A DNA stretch of 64,000 nucleotides from Eledone cirrhosa (lineage: Eukaryota): positions 119,784,001 through 119,848,000 of the forward strand of contig OZ024744.1 in the NCBI GenBank assembly GCA_964016885.1, written 5' to 3'. Each line of letters opens with the position of its first letter. The stretch's first letter is position 1. This document shows, one piece after another, positions 26,801-41,029 of the stretch. Under the pieces are notes generated by a model. The model worked only from the letters and a program-made list of their open reading frames with translations, did not search any database and was not told the DNA's origin. The translations under genes were made by a program, and so were the position numbers.

Positions 26801-29800
26801 CATGTCATAGTATCAGATCTGTCATCTCTCAATTCAGAGATTCTTTCCTGAGACATTCTAACCACATGTCATAGTATCAGAGCTGAGATCTCTCAATTTA
26901 GATATTCGTTCCTGATATATTCTAACCTCATGTCATAGTATGAGAGCTGTGATCTCTCAATTCAGAGATTCTTTCTTGAGACATTCTAACTCCATGTCCA
27001 CAGTATCAGAGCTGTGAACTCTCAATTCAGAGATTCTTTCCTGAGACATTCTAACCACATGTCAATGTATCAGAGCTGTGGTTTCTCAATTCAGATATTC
27101 TTTCCTGAGACATTCTAACCACATGTCATAGTATCAGATCTGTGATCTCTCAATTCAGAGATTCTTTCCTGAGATATTCTAACCACATGTCATAGTATCA
27201 GAGCTGTCATCTCTCAATTCAGAGATTCTTTCCTGAGACATTCTAACCACATGTCATAGTATCAGAGCTGTGATCTCTTAATTTAGAGATTCTTTCATGA
27301 GATATTCTAACCACATGTCATAGTATCAGAGCTGTGATCTCTCAATTTAGATATTCTTTCCTGAGACATTCTAACCACATGTCATAGTATCAGAGCTGTG
27401 ATCTCTTAATTTAGAGATTCTTTCCTGAGACATTCTAACCACATGTCATAGTATCAGAGCTGTGATATCTCAATTCAGAGATTCTTTCCTGAGACATTCT
27501 AACCACATGTCATAGTATCAGAACTGTGATCTCTCAATTCAGAGATTCTTTCCTGAGACATTCTAACCACATGTCATAGGATCAAAGTTGTGATCTCTCA
27601 ATTCAGATATTCTTTCCTGAGACATTCTAACCACATGTCATAGTATCAGATCTGTGATCTCTCAATTCAGAGATTCTTTCCTGAGATATTCTAACCACAT
27701 GTCATAGTATCAGATCTGTCATCTCTCAATTCAGAGATTCTTTCCTGAGACATTCTAACCACATGTCATAGTATCAGAGCTGAGATCTCTCAATTTAGAT
27801 ATTCTTTCCTGAGACATTCTAACCACATGTCATAGTATCAGAGCTGTGATCTCTTAATTTAGAGATTCTTTCCTGAGATATTCTAACCACATGTCATAGT
27901 ATCAGAGCTGTGATATCTCAATTCAGAGATTCTTTCCTGACACATTCTAACCACATGTCATAATATCAGAGCTGAGATCTCTCAATTTAGAGATTCTTTC
28001 CTAAGACATTCTAACCACATGTCATATTATCAGAGCTGTGATATCTCAATTCAGAGATTCTTTCCTGAGACATTCTAACCACATGTCATATTATTAGAGC
28101 TGTGATCTCTCAATTCAGATATTCTTTCCTGAGACGTTCTTACCACATGTCATAGTATCAGAGCTGTGATCTCTCAATTTAGAGATTCTTTCCTGGGATA
28201 TTCTAAACACATGTCATAGTATCAGAGCTGTGATCTCTCAATTCAGAGATTCTTTCCTGGGATATTCTTACCACATGTCATAATATCAGAGCTGTAATCT
28301 CTCAATTCACATATTCTTTCCTGAGACATTCTAACCACATGTCAGAGGATCAGATTTGTGATCTCTCAATTCAGAGATTCTTTCCTGAGATATTCTAACC
28401 ACATGTCATAGTATCAGAGCTGTGATCTCTCAATTCAGAGATTCTTTCCTGAGACATTCTAACCACATGTCATAGTATCAGAGCTGTGATCTCTCAATTC
28501 AGAGATTCTTTCCTGAGACATTTTAACCACATGTCATACTATCAGAGCTGTGATATCTCAATTCAGAGATTCTTTCCTGATATATTCTAACCACATGTCA
28601 TAGTATCAGAGCTGTGATCTCTCAATTCAGAGATTCTTTCCTGAGAACATCTAACCACATGTCTGTAGTATCAGAGCTGTGATCTCTCAATTCAGAGATT
28701 CTTTCCTGAGACATTCTAACCACATGTCATATTATTAGAGCTGTGATCTCTCAATTCAGATATTCTTTCCTGAGACATTCTAACCACATGTCATAGTATC
28801 AGAGCTGTGATATCTCCATACAGAGATTCTTTCCTGATATATTCTAACCACATGTCATAGTATCAGAGCTGTGATATCTCAATTCAGAGATTCTTTCCTG
28901 AGATATTCTAAACACATGTCATAGTATCAGAGCTGTGATCTCTCAATTCAGAGATTCTTTCCTGAGACATTCTAACCACATGTCATAGTATCAGAGCTGT
29001 GATCTCTCAATTCAGAGATTCTTTCCTGAGACATTCTAACCACATGTCATAGTATCAGAGCTGTGATCTCTCAATTCAGAGATTCTTTCCTGAGACATTC
29101 TAACCACATGTATCAGAGATATTCTTAATAGTGATCTCTCAATTCAGAGATTCTTTACTGAGACATTCTAACTCCGTGTCCACAGTATCAGAGCTGTGAT
29201 CTCTCAATTTAGAGATTCTTTCCTGAGATATTCTAACCACCTGTCATAGTTTTAGAGATGTGATCTCTCAATTCAGAGATTCTTTCCTGAGACATTCTAA
29301 CCATATGTCTGTAGTATCAGAGCTGTATGCTCTCAATTCAGAGATTCTTTCCTGAGACATTCTAACCACATGTCATAGTAGCGGAGCTGTGATATCTCAA
29401 TTCAGAGATTCTTTCCTGAGATATTCTAACCACATGTCATAGTATCAGAGCTGTGATCTCTCAATTCAGATATTCTTTCCTGAGACATTCTAGCCACATG
29501 TCATAGGATCAGGGTTGTGATCTCTCAATTCAGAGATTCTTTCCTGAGATATTCTAACCACATGTCATAGTATCAGAGCTGTGATCTCTCAATTCAGAGA
29601 TTCTTTCCTAAGATATTCTAACCACATGTCTGTAGTATCAGAGCTGTGATCTCTCAATTCAGAGAATCTTTCCTGGGATATTCTAACCACATGTCATAGT
29701 ATCAGAGCTGTGATCTCTCAATTCAGAGATTCTTTACTGAGATATTGTAACCACATGTCATAGTATCAGAGCTGTGATCTCTCAATTCAGAGATTCTTTC

Positions 29801-32800
29801 CTGGGATATTCTAACCACATGTCATATTATCAGAGCTGTGATCTCTCAATTCAGAGATTCTTTACTGAGATATTGTAACCACATGTCATAGTATCAGAGC
29901 TGTGATCTCTCAATTCAGAGATTCTTTCCTGAGACATTCTAACCACATGTCATAGTATCAGATCTGTGATCTCTCAATTTAGAGATTCTTTCATGAGATA
30001 TTCTAACCTCATGTCATAGTATGAGAGCTGTGATCTTTCAATTCAGAGATTCTTTCTTGAGACATTCTAACTCCATGTCCACAGTATCAGAGCTGTGAAC
30101 TCTCAATTCAGAGATTCTTTCCTGAGACATTCTAACCACATGTCAATGTATCAGAGCTGTGATTTCTCAATTCAGATATTCTTTCCTGAGACATTCTAAC
30201 CACATGTCATAGTATCAGATCTGTGATCTCTCAATTCAGAGATTCTTTCCTGAGATATTCTAACCACATGTCATAGTATCAGAGCTGTCATCTCTCAATT
30301 CAGAGATTGTTTCCTGAGACATTCTAACCACATGTCATAGTATCAGAGCTGTGATCTCTCAGTTCAGAGATTCTTTCCTGAGACATTCTAACCACGTCAT
30401 AGTATCAGAGCTGTGATATCTCAATTCAGAGATTCTTTCCTGAGACATTCTAACCACATGTCATAGTATCAGAGCTGTAATCTCTCAATTTAGATATTCT
30501 TTCCTGATATATTCTAACCTCATGTCATAGTATGAGAGCTGTGATCTTTCAATTCAGAGATTCTTTCTTGAGACATTCTAACTCCATGTCCACAGTATCA
30601 GAGCTGTGAACTCTCAATTCAGAGATTCTTTCCTGAGACATTCTAACCACATGTCAATGTATCAGAGCTGTGATTTCTCAATTCAGATATTCTTTCCTGA
30701 GACATTCTAACCACATGTCATAGTATCAGATCTGTGATCTCTCAATTCAGAGATTCTTTCCTGAGATATTCTAACCACATGTCATAGTATCAGAGCTGTC
30801 ATCTCTCAATTCAGAGATTGTTTCCTGAGACATTCTAACCACATGTCATAGTATCAGAGCTGTGATCTCTTAATTTAGAGATTCTTTCATGAGATATTCT
30901 AACCACATGTCATAGTATCAGAGCTGTGATCTCTCAATTCAGAGATTCTTTCCAGAGACATTCTAACCACATGTCATAGTATCAATGCTGTGATCTCTCA
31001 ATTCAGAGATTCTTTCCTGAGATATTCTAACCACATGTCATAGTATCAGAGCTGTGATCTCTCAATTCAGAGATTTTTCCTGAGACGTTCTAACCACATG
31101 TCATAGTATTAGAGCTGTGATCTCTCAATTCAGAGATTCTTTCCTGAGACATTCTTACCACATGTCATAGTATAAGAGCTGTGATCTCAAAATTGAGAGA
31201 TTCTTTCCTGAGACATTCTAACCACATGTCATAGTATCAGAACTGTGATCTCTCAATTCAGAGATTCTTTCCTGAGACATTCTAACCACATGTCATAGTA
31301 TCAGAGCTGTGATCTCTCAATTCAGAGATTCTTTCCTGAGACATTCTAACCACATGTATCAGAGATATTCTTAATGGTGATCTCTCAATTCAGAGATTCT
31401 TTCCTGAGACATTCTAACTCCATGTCCACAGTATCAGAGCTGTGATCTCTCAATTTAGAGATTCTTTCCTGAGATATTCTAACCACATGTCAGAGTATTA
31501 GAGATGTGATCTCTCAATTCAGAGATTCTTTCCTGAGACATTCTAACCATATGTCTGTAGTATCAGAGCTGTATGCTCTCAATTCAGAGATTCTTTCCTG
31601 AGACATTCTAACCACATGTCATAGTAGCGGAGCTGTGATATCTCAATTCAGAGATTCTTTCCTGGGATATTCTAACCACATGTCATAGTATCAGAGCTGT
31701 GATCTCTCAATTCAGAGATTCTATCCTGAGACATTCTAACCACATGTCATAGTATCAGAGCTGTGATCTCTCAATTTAGAGATTCTTTCATGAGATATTC
31801 TAACCACATGTCATAGTATCAGAGCTGTGATCTCTCAGTTCAGAGATTCTTTCCTGAGACATTCTAACCACGTCATAGTATCAGAGCTGTGATATCTCAA
31901 TTCAGAGATTCTTTCGTCAGACATTCTAACCACATGTCATAGTATCAGAGCTGTAATCTCTCAATTTAGATATTCTTTCCTGATATATTCTAACCTCATG
32001 TCATAGTATGAGAGCTGTGATCTCTCAATTCAGAGATTCTTTCTTGAGACATTCTAACTCCATGTCCACAGTATCAGAGCTGTGAACTCTCAATTCAGAG
32101 ATTCTTTCCTGAGACATTCTAACCACATGTCATTTTATAAGAGCTGTGATCTCTCAATTCAGATATTCTTTCCTGAGACATTCTAACCACATGTCATAGT
32201 ATCAGATCTGTGATCTCTCAATTCAGAGATTCTTTCCTGAGATATTCTAACCACATGTCATAGTATCAGAGCTGTGATCTCTCAATTCAGAGATTCTTTC
32301 CTGAGACATTCTAACCACATGTCATAGTATCAGAGCTGTGATCTCTTAATTTAGAGATTCTTTCATGAGATATTCTAACCACATGTCATAGTATCAGAGC
32401 TGTGATCTCTCAATTCAGAGATTCTTTCCTGAGACATTCTAACCACATGTCATAGTATCAATGCTGTGATCTCTCAATTCAGAGATTCTTTCATGAGATA
32501 TTCTAACCACATGTCATAGTATCAGAACTGTGATCTCTCAATTCAGAGATTCTTTTCTGGGATATTCTAACCACATGTCATATTATCAGAGCTATGATCT
32601 CTCAATTCAGATATTCTTTCCTGAGACATTCTAACCACATGTCATAGGATCAGAGTTGTGATCTCTCAATTCAGAGATTCTTTCCTGAGATATTCTAACC
32701 ACATGTCATAGTATCAGAGCTGTAATCTTTCAATTTAGATATTCTTTCCTGATATATTCTAACCTCATGTCATAGTATGAGAGCTGTGATCTCTCAATTC

Positions 32801-35800
32801 AGAGATTCTTTCTTGAGACATTCTAACTCCATGTCCACAGTATCAGAGCTGTGAACTCTCAATTCAGAGATTCTTTCCTGAGACATTCTAACCACATGTC
32901 AATGTATCAGAGCTGTGATCTCTCAATTCAGATATTCTTTCCTGAGACATTCTAACCACATGTCATAGTATCAGATCTGTGATCTCTCAATTCAGAGATT
33001 CTTTCCTGAGATATTCTAACCACATGTCATAGTATCAGAGCTGTCATCTCTCAATTCAGAGATTCTTTCCTGAGATATTCTAACCACATCTCATAGGATC
33101 AGAGCTGTGATCTCTTAATTTAGAGATTCTTTCATGAGATATTCTAACCACATGTCATAGTATCAGAGCTGTGATCTCTCAATTCAGAGATTCTTTCCTG
33201 AGACATTCTAACCACATGTCATAGTATCAATGCTGTGATCTCTCAATTCAGAGATTCTTTCATGAGATATTCTAACCACATGTCATAGTATCAGAACTGT
33301 GATCTCTCAATTCAGAGATTCTTTTCTGGGATATTCTAACCACATGTCATATTATCAGAGCTATGATCTCTCAATTCAGATATTCTTTCCTGAGACATTC
33401 TAACCACATGTCATATGATCAGAGTTGTGATCTCTCAATTCAGAGATTCTTTCCTGAGATATTCTAACCACATGTCATAGTATCAGAGCTGTGATCTCTC
33501 AATTCAGAGATTTTTCCTGAGACATTCTAACCACATGTCATAGTATTAGAGCTGTGATCTCTCAATTCAGAGATTCTTTCCTGAGACATTCTTACCACAT
33601 GTCATAGTATAAGAGCTGTGATCTCTCAATTGAGAGATTCTTTCCTGAGACGTTCTAACCACATGTCATAGTATCAGAGCTGTGATCTCTCAATTCAGAG
33701 ATTCTTTCCTGAGACATTCTAACCACATGTATCAGAGATATTCTTAATGGTGATCTCTCAATTCAGAGATTCTTTCCTGAGACATTCTAACTCCATGTCC
33801 ACAGTATCAGAGCTGTGATCTCTCAATTTAGAGATTCTTTCCTGAGATATTCTAACCACATGTCATAGTATTAGAGATGTGATCTCTCAATTCAGAGATT
33901 CTTTCCTGAGACATTCTAACCATATGTCTGTAGTATCAGAGCTGTATGCTCTCAATTCAGAGATTCTTTCCTGAGACATTCTAACCACATGTCATAGTAG
34001 CGGAGCTGTGATATCTCAATTCAGAGATTCTTTCCTGAGATATTCTAACCACATGTCATAGTATCAGAGCTGTGATCTCTCAATTCAGATATTCTTTCCT
34101 GAGACATTCTAGCCACATGTCATAGGATCAGGGTTGTGATCTCTCAATTCAGAGATTCTTTCCTGAGATATTCTAACCACATATCATAGTATCAGAGCTG
34201 TGATCTCTCAATTCAGAGATTCTTTCCTAAGATATTCTAACCACATGTCTGTAGTATCAGAGCTGTGATCTCTCAATTTAGAGATTCTTTCATGAGATAT
34301 TCTAACCACATGTCACAGTATCAGAGCTGTGATCTCTCAATTCAGAGATTCTTTCCTGGGATATTCTAACCACATGTCATAGTATCAGAGCTGTGATCTC
34401 TCAATTGAGAGATTCTTTACTGAGATATTGTAACCACATGTCATAGTATCAGAGCTGTGATCTCTCAATTCAGAGATTCTTTCCTGGGATATTCGAACCA
34501 CATGTCATAATATCAGAGCTGTGATCTCTCAATTCAGAGATTCTATCCTGAGACATTCTAACCACATGTCATAGTATCAGAGCTGTGATCTCTCAATTTA
34601 GAGATTCTTTCATGAGATATTCTAACCACATGTCATAGTATCAGAGCTGTGATCTCTCAGTTCAGAGATTCTTTCCTGAGACATTCTAACCACGTCATAG
34701 TATCAGAACTGTGATATCTCAATTCAGAGATTCTTTCCTCAGACATTCTAACCACATGTCATAGTATCAGAGCTGTAATCTCTCAATTTAGATATTCTTT
34801 CCTGATATATTCTAACCTCATGTCATAGTATGAGAGCTGTGATCTCTCAATTCAGAGATTCTTTCCTGAGACATTCTAACCACATGTCATAGTATCAATG
34901 CTGTGATCTCTCAATTCAGAGATTCTTTCATGAGATATTCTAACCACATGTCATAGTATCAGAACTGTGATCTCTCAATTCAGAGATTCTTTTCTGGGAT
35001 ATTCTAACCACATGTCATATTATCAGAGCTATGATCTCTCAATTCAGATATTCTTTCCTGAGACATTCTAACCACATGTCATAGGATCAGAGTTGTGATC
35101 TCTCAATTCAGAGATTCTTTCCTGAGATATTCTAACCACATGTCATAGTATCAGAGCTGTAATCTCTCAATTTAGATATTCTTTCCTGATATATTCTAAC
35201 CTCATGTCATAGTATGAGAGCTGTGATCTCTCAATTCAGAGATTCTTTCTTGAGACATTCTAACTCCATGTCCACAGTATCCGAGCTGTGAACTCTCAAT
35301 TCAGAGATTCTTTCCTGAGACATTCTAACCACATGTCAATGTATCAGAGCTGTGATCTCTCAATTCAGATATTCTTTCCTGAGACATTCTAACCACATGT
35401 CATAGTATCAGATCTGTGATCTCTCAATTCAGAGATTCTTTCCTGAGATATTCTAACCACATGTCATAGTATCAGAGCTGTCATCTCTCAATTCAGAGAT
35501 TCTTTCCTGAGACATTCTAACCACATCTCATAGGATCAGAGCTGTGATCTCTTAATTTAGAGATTCTTTCATGAGATATTCTAACCACATGTCATAGTAT
35601 CAGAGCTGTGATCTCTCAATTCAGAGATTCTTTCCTGAGACATTCTAACCACATGTCATAGTATCAATGCTGTGATCTCTCAATTCAGAGATTCTTTTCT
35701 GGGATATTCTAACCACATGTCATATTATCAGAGCTATGATCTCTCAATTCAGATATTCTTTCCTGAGACATTCTAACCACATGTCATATGATCAGAGTTG

Positions 35801-38800
35801 TGATCTCTCAATTCAGAGATTCTTTCCTGAGATATTCTAACCACATGTCATAGTATCAGAGCTGTGATCTCTCAATTCAGAGATTTTTCCTGAGACATTC
35901 TAACCACATGTCATAGTATTAGAGCTGTGATCTCTCAATTCAATGATTTTTCCTGAGACATTCTTACCACATGTTATAGTATAAGAGCTGTGATCTCTCA
36001 ATTGAGAGATTCTTTCCTGAGACGTTCTAACCACATGTCATAGTATCAGAACTGTGATCTCTCAATTCAGAGATTCTTTCCTGAGACATTCTAACCACAT
36101 GTCATAGTATCAGAGCTGTGATCCCTCAATTCAGAGATTCTTTCCTGAGACATTCTAACCACACGTATCAGAGATATTCTTAATAGTAATCTCTCAATTC
36201 AGAGATTCTTTCCTGAGACATTCTGACTCCGTGTCCACAGTATCAGAGCTGTGATCTCTCAATTTAGAGATTCTTTCCTGAGATATTCTAACCACATGTC
36301 ATAGTATTAGAGATGTGATCTCTCAATTCAGAGATTCTTTCCTGAGACATTCTAACCATATGTCTGTAGTATCAGAGCTGTATGCTCTCAATTCAGAGAT
36401 TCTTTCCTGAGACATTCTAACCACATGTCATAGTAGCGGAGCTGTGATATCTCAATTCAGAAATTCTTTCCTGAGATATTCTAACCACATGTCATAGTAT
36501 CAGAGCTGTGATCTCTCAATTCAGATATTCTTTCCTGAGACATTCTAGCCACATGTCATAGGATCAGGGTTGTGATCTCTCAATTTAGAGATTCTTTCCT
36601 GAGATATTCTAACCACATGTCATAGTATCAGAGCTGTGATCTCTCAATTCAGAGATTCTTTCCTAAGATATTCTAACCACATGTCTGTAGTATCAGAGCT
36701 GTGATCTCTCAATTCAGAGATTCTTTCCTGAGACATTCTAACCACATGTCACAGTATCAAAGCTGTGATCTCTCAATTCAGAGATTCTTTCCTGGGATAT
36801 TCTAACCACATGTCATAGTATCAGAGCCGTGATCTCTCAATTCAGAGATTCTTTACGGAGATATTGTAACCACATGTCATAGTATCAGAGCTGTGATCTC
36901 TCAATTCAGAGATTCTTTCCTGGGATATTCGAACCACATGTCATAGTATCAGAGCTGTGATCTCTCAATTCAGAGATTCTATCCTGAGACATTCTAACCA
37001 CATGTCATAGTATCAGAGCTGTGATCTCTCAATTTAGAGATTCTTTCATGAGATATTCTAACCACATGTCATAGTATCAGAGCTGTGATCTCTCAGTTCA
37101 GAGATTCTTTCCTGAGACATTCTAACCACGTCATAGTATCAGAGCTGTGATATCTCAATTCAGAGATTCTTTCCTGAGACGTTCTAACCACATGTCATAG
37201 TATCAGAGCTGTAATCTCTCAATTTAGATATTCTTTCCTGATATATTCTAACCTCATGTCATAGTATGAGAGCTGTGATCTCTCAATTCAGAGATTCTTT
37301 CTTGAGACATTCTAACTCCATGTCCACAGTATCAGAGCTGTGAACTCTCAATTCAGAGATTCTTTCCTGAGACATTCTAACCACATGTCATAGTATCAGA
37401 TCTGTGATCTCTCAATTCAGAGATTCTTTCCTGAGATATTCTAACCACATGTCATAGTATCAGAGCTGTCATCTCTCAATTCAGAGATTCTTTCCTGAGA
37501 CATTCTAACCACATGTCATAGTATCAGAGCTGTGATCTCTTAATTTAGAGATTCTTTCATGAGATATTCTAACCACATGTCATAGTATCAGAGCTGTGAT
37601 CTCTCAATTCAGTGATTCTTTCCTGAGACATTCTAACCACATGTCATAATATCAATGCTGTGATCTCTCAATTCAGAGATTCTTTCATGAGATATTCTAA
37701 CCACATGTCATAGTATCAGAACTGTGATCTCTCAATTCAGAGATTCTTTTCTGGGATATTCTAACCACATGTCATATTATCAGAGCTATGATCTCTCAAT
37801 TCAGATATTCTTTCCTGAGACATTCTAACCACATGTCATAGTATCAGAGCTGTGATCTCTTAATTCAGAGATTTTTCCTGAGACATTCTAACCACATGTC
37901 ATAGTATTAGAGCTGTGATCTCTCAATTCAGAGATTCTTTCCTGAGACATTCTTACCCCATGTCATAGTATAAGAGCTGTGATCTCTCAATTGAGAGATT
38001 CTTTCCTGAGACATTCTAACCACATGTCATAGTATCAGAACTGTGATCTCTCAATTCAGAGATTCTTTCCTGAGACATTCTAACCACATGTCATCGTATC
38101 AGAGCTGTGATATCTCAACTGAGAGATTCTTTCCTAAGATATTTTAACCACATATACTATCAGAGCTGTGATCTCTCAATTCAGAGATTCTTTCCTGAGA
38201 CATTCTAACCACATGTCATAGTATCAGATCTGTGATCTCTCAATTCAGAGATTCTTTCCTGGGATATTCTAACCACATGTCATAGTATCAGATCTGAGAT
38301 CTCTCAATTCAGAGATTCTTTCCTGAGACATTCTAACCACATGTCATAGTATTAGAGCTGTGATCTCTCAATTCAGAGATTCTTTCCTGAGAAATTCTAA
38401 CCTTATGTCTGTAGTATCAGAGCTGTGATCTCTCAATTCAGAGATTCTTTCCTGAGACATTCTAACCACATGTATCAGAGATATTCTTAATAGTGATCTT
38501 TCAATTCAGAGATTCTTTCCTGGGATATTCTAACCACATGTCATAGTATCATAGCTGTGATCTCTCAATTCAGATATTCTTTCCTGAGACATTCTAACCA
38601 CATGTCATATGATCAGAGTTGAGAAGTCTCAAATCAGAGATTCTTTCCTGAGATATTCTAACCACATGTTATAGTATCAGAACTCTGATCTCTCAATTCA
38701 GAGATTCTATCCTGAGACATTCTAACCACATGTCATAGTATCAGAGCTGTGATCTCTCAATTTAGAGATTCTTTCATGAGATATTCTAACCACATGTCAT

Positions 38801-41029
38801 AGTATCAGAGCTGTGATCTCTCAGTTCATAGATTCTTTCCTGAGACATTCTAACCACGTCATAGTATATCAGAACTGTGATATCTCAATTCAGAGATTCT
38901 TTCCTGAGATATTCTAACTCCATGTCCACAGTATCAGAGCTGTGAACTCTCAATTCAGAGATTCTTTCCTGAGACATTCTAACCACATGTCATATTATCA
39001 GAGCTGTGATCGCTCAATTCAAAGATTCTTTCCTGAAACATTCTAACCACATGTCACAGTATCAGAGCTGTGATCACTCAATTCAGAGATTCTTTCCTCA
39101 GACATTCTAACCACATCTCATAGTATCGGAGCTGTGATCTCTCAATTCAGAGATTCTTTCCTGAGACATTCTAACCACATGTCATAGTATCAGATCTGTG
39201 ATCTCTCAATTCAGAGATTCTTTACTGAGATATTCTAACCACATGTCATAGTATCAGAGCTGTTATCCCTCAATTCAGATATTCTTTCCTGAGACATTCT
39301 AACCACATATCATAGGATCAGAGTTGTGATCTCTCAATTCAGAGATTCTTTCCTGAGATATTCTAACCACATGTCATACTATCAGAGCTGTGATCTCTCA
39401 ATTCAGAGATTTTTTACTGAGACATTCTAACCACATGTCATAGTATTAGAGCTGTGATCTCTCAATTTAGAGATTCTTTCCTGAGACATTCTAACCTCAT
39501 GTCATAGTATCAGAGCTGTGATATCTCAATTGAGAGATTCTTTCCTGAGATATTTTAACCACATATCATAGTATCAGAGCTGTGAACTCTAAATTCAGAG
39601 ATTCTTTCCTGGGACATTCTAACCACATGTCATAGTATCAGGGCTGTGATCTCTCAATTCAGAGATTCTTTCCTGAGACATTCTAACCACATGTCACAAT
39701 ATCAGAGCTGTGATCTCTCAATTCAGAGATTCTTTCCTCAGACATTCTAAGCACATGTCATAGTATCAGATCTGTGATCTCTCAATTCAGAGATTCTTTC
39801 CTGGGATATTCTAACCACATGTCATAGTATCAGATCTGTGATCTCTCAATTCAGAGATTCTTTCCTGAGACATTCTAACCACATGTCACAGTATCAGAGC
39901 TGTGATCTCTCAATTCAGAGATTCTTTCCTCAGACATTCTAAGCACATGTCATAATATGAGAGCTGTGATCTCTCAATTCAGAGATTCTTTCCTGAGACA
40001 TTCTAACCACATGTCATAGTATCAGAGCTGTGATCTCTCAATTCAGAGATTCTTTCCTGGGATATTCTAACCACATGTCATAGTATCAGATCTGAGATCT
40101 CTCAATTCAGTGATTCTTTCCTGAGACATTCTAACCACATCTCATATTATCAGAGCTGTGATCTCTCAATTCAGAGAATCTTTCCTGAGATATTCTAACC
40201 ACATGTCATAGTGTCAGAGCTGTGATCTCTCAATTCAGAGATTCTTTCCTGGGACATTCTAACCACATGTCACAGTATCAGAGCTGTGATCTCTCAATTC
40301 AGAGATTCTTTCCTGGGATATTCTAACCACATGTCATAGTATCAGAGCTGTGATCTCTCAATTCAGAGATTCTTTCCTGAGACATTCTAACCACATGTCA
40401 CAGTATCAGAGCTGTGATCTCTCAATTCAGAGATTCTTTCCTGGGATATTCTAACCACATGTCATAGTATCAGAGCTGTGATCTCTCAATTCAGAGATTC
40501 TTTACTGAGACATTCTAACCACATGTCATAGTATCAGATCTGTGATCTCTCAATTCAGAGATTCTTTCCTGAGATATTCTAAACACATGTCATAGTATCA
40601 GAGCTGTCATCTCTCAATTCAGAGATTCTTTCCTGAGACATTCTAACCACATGTCATAGTATCAGAGCTGTGATCTCTTAATTTAGAGATTCTTTCATGA
40701 GATATTCTAACCACATGTCATAGCATCAGAACTGTGATCTCTCAATTCAGAGATTCTTTTCTGGGATATTCTAACCACATGTCATGTTATCAGAGCTATG
40801 ATCTCTCAATTCAGATATTCTTTCCTGAGACATTCTAACCACATGTCATAGGATCAGAGTTGTGATCTCTCAATTCAGAGATTCTTTCCTGAGATATTCT
40901 AACCACTTGTCATAGTATCAGAGCTGTGATCTCTCAATTCAGAGATTTTTCCTGAGACATTCTAACCACATGTCATAGTATTAGAACTGTGATCTCTCAA
41001 TTCAGAGATTCTTTCCTGAGACATTCTTA

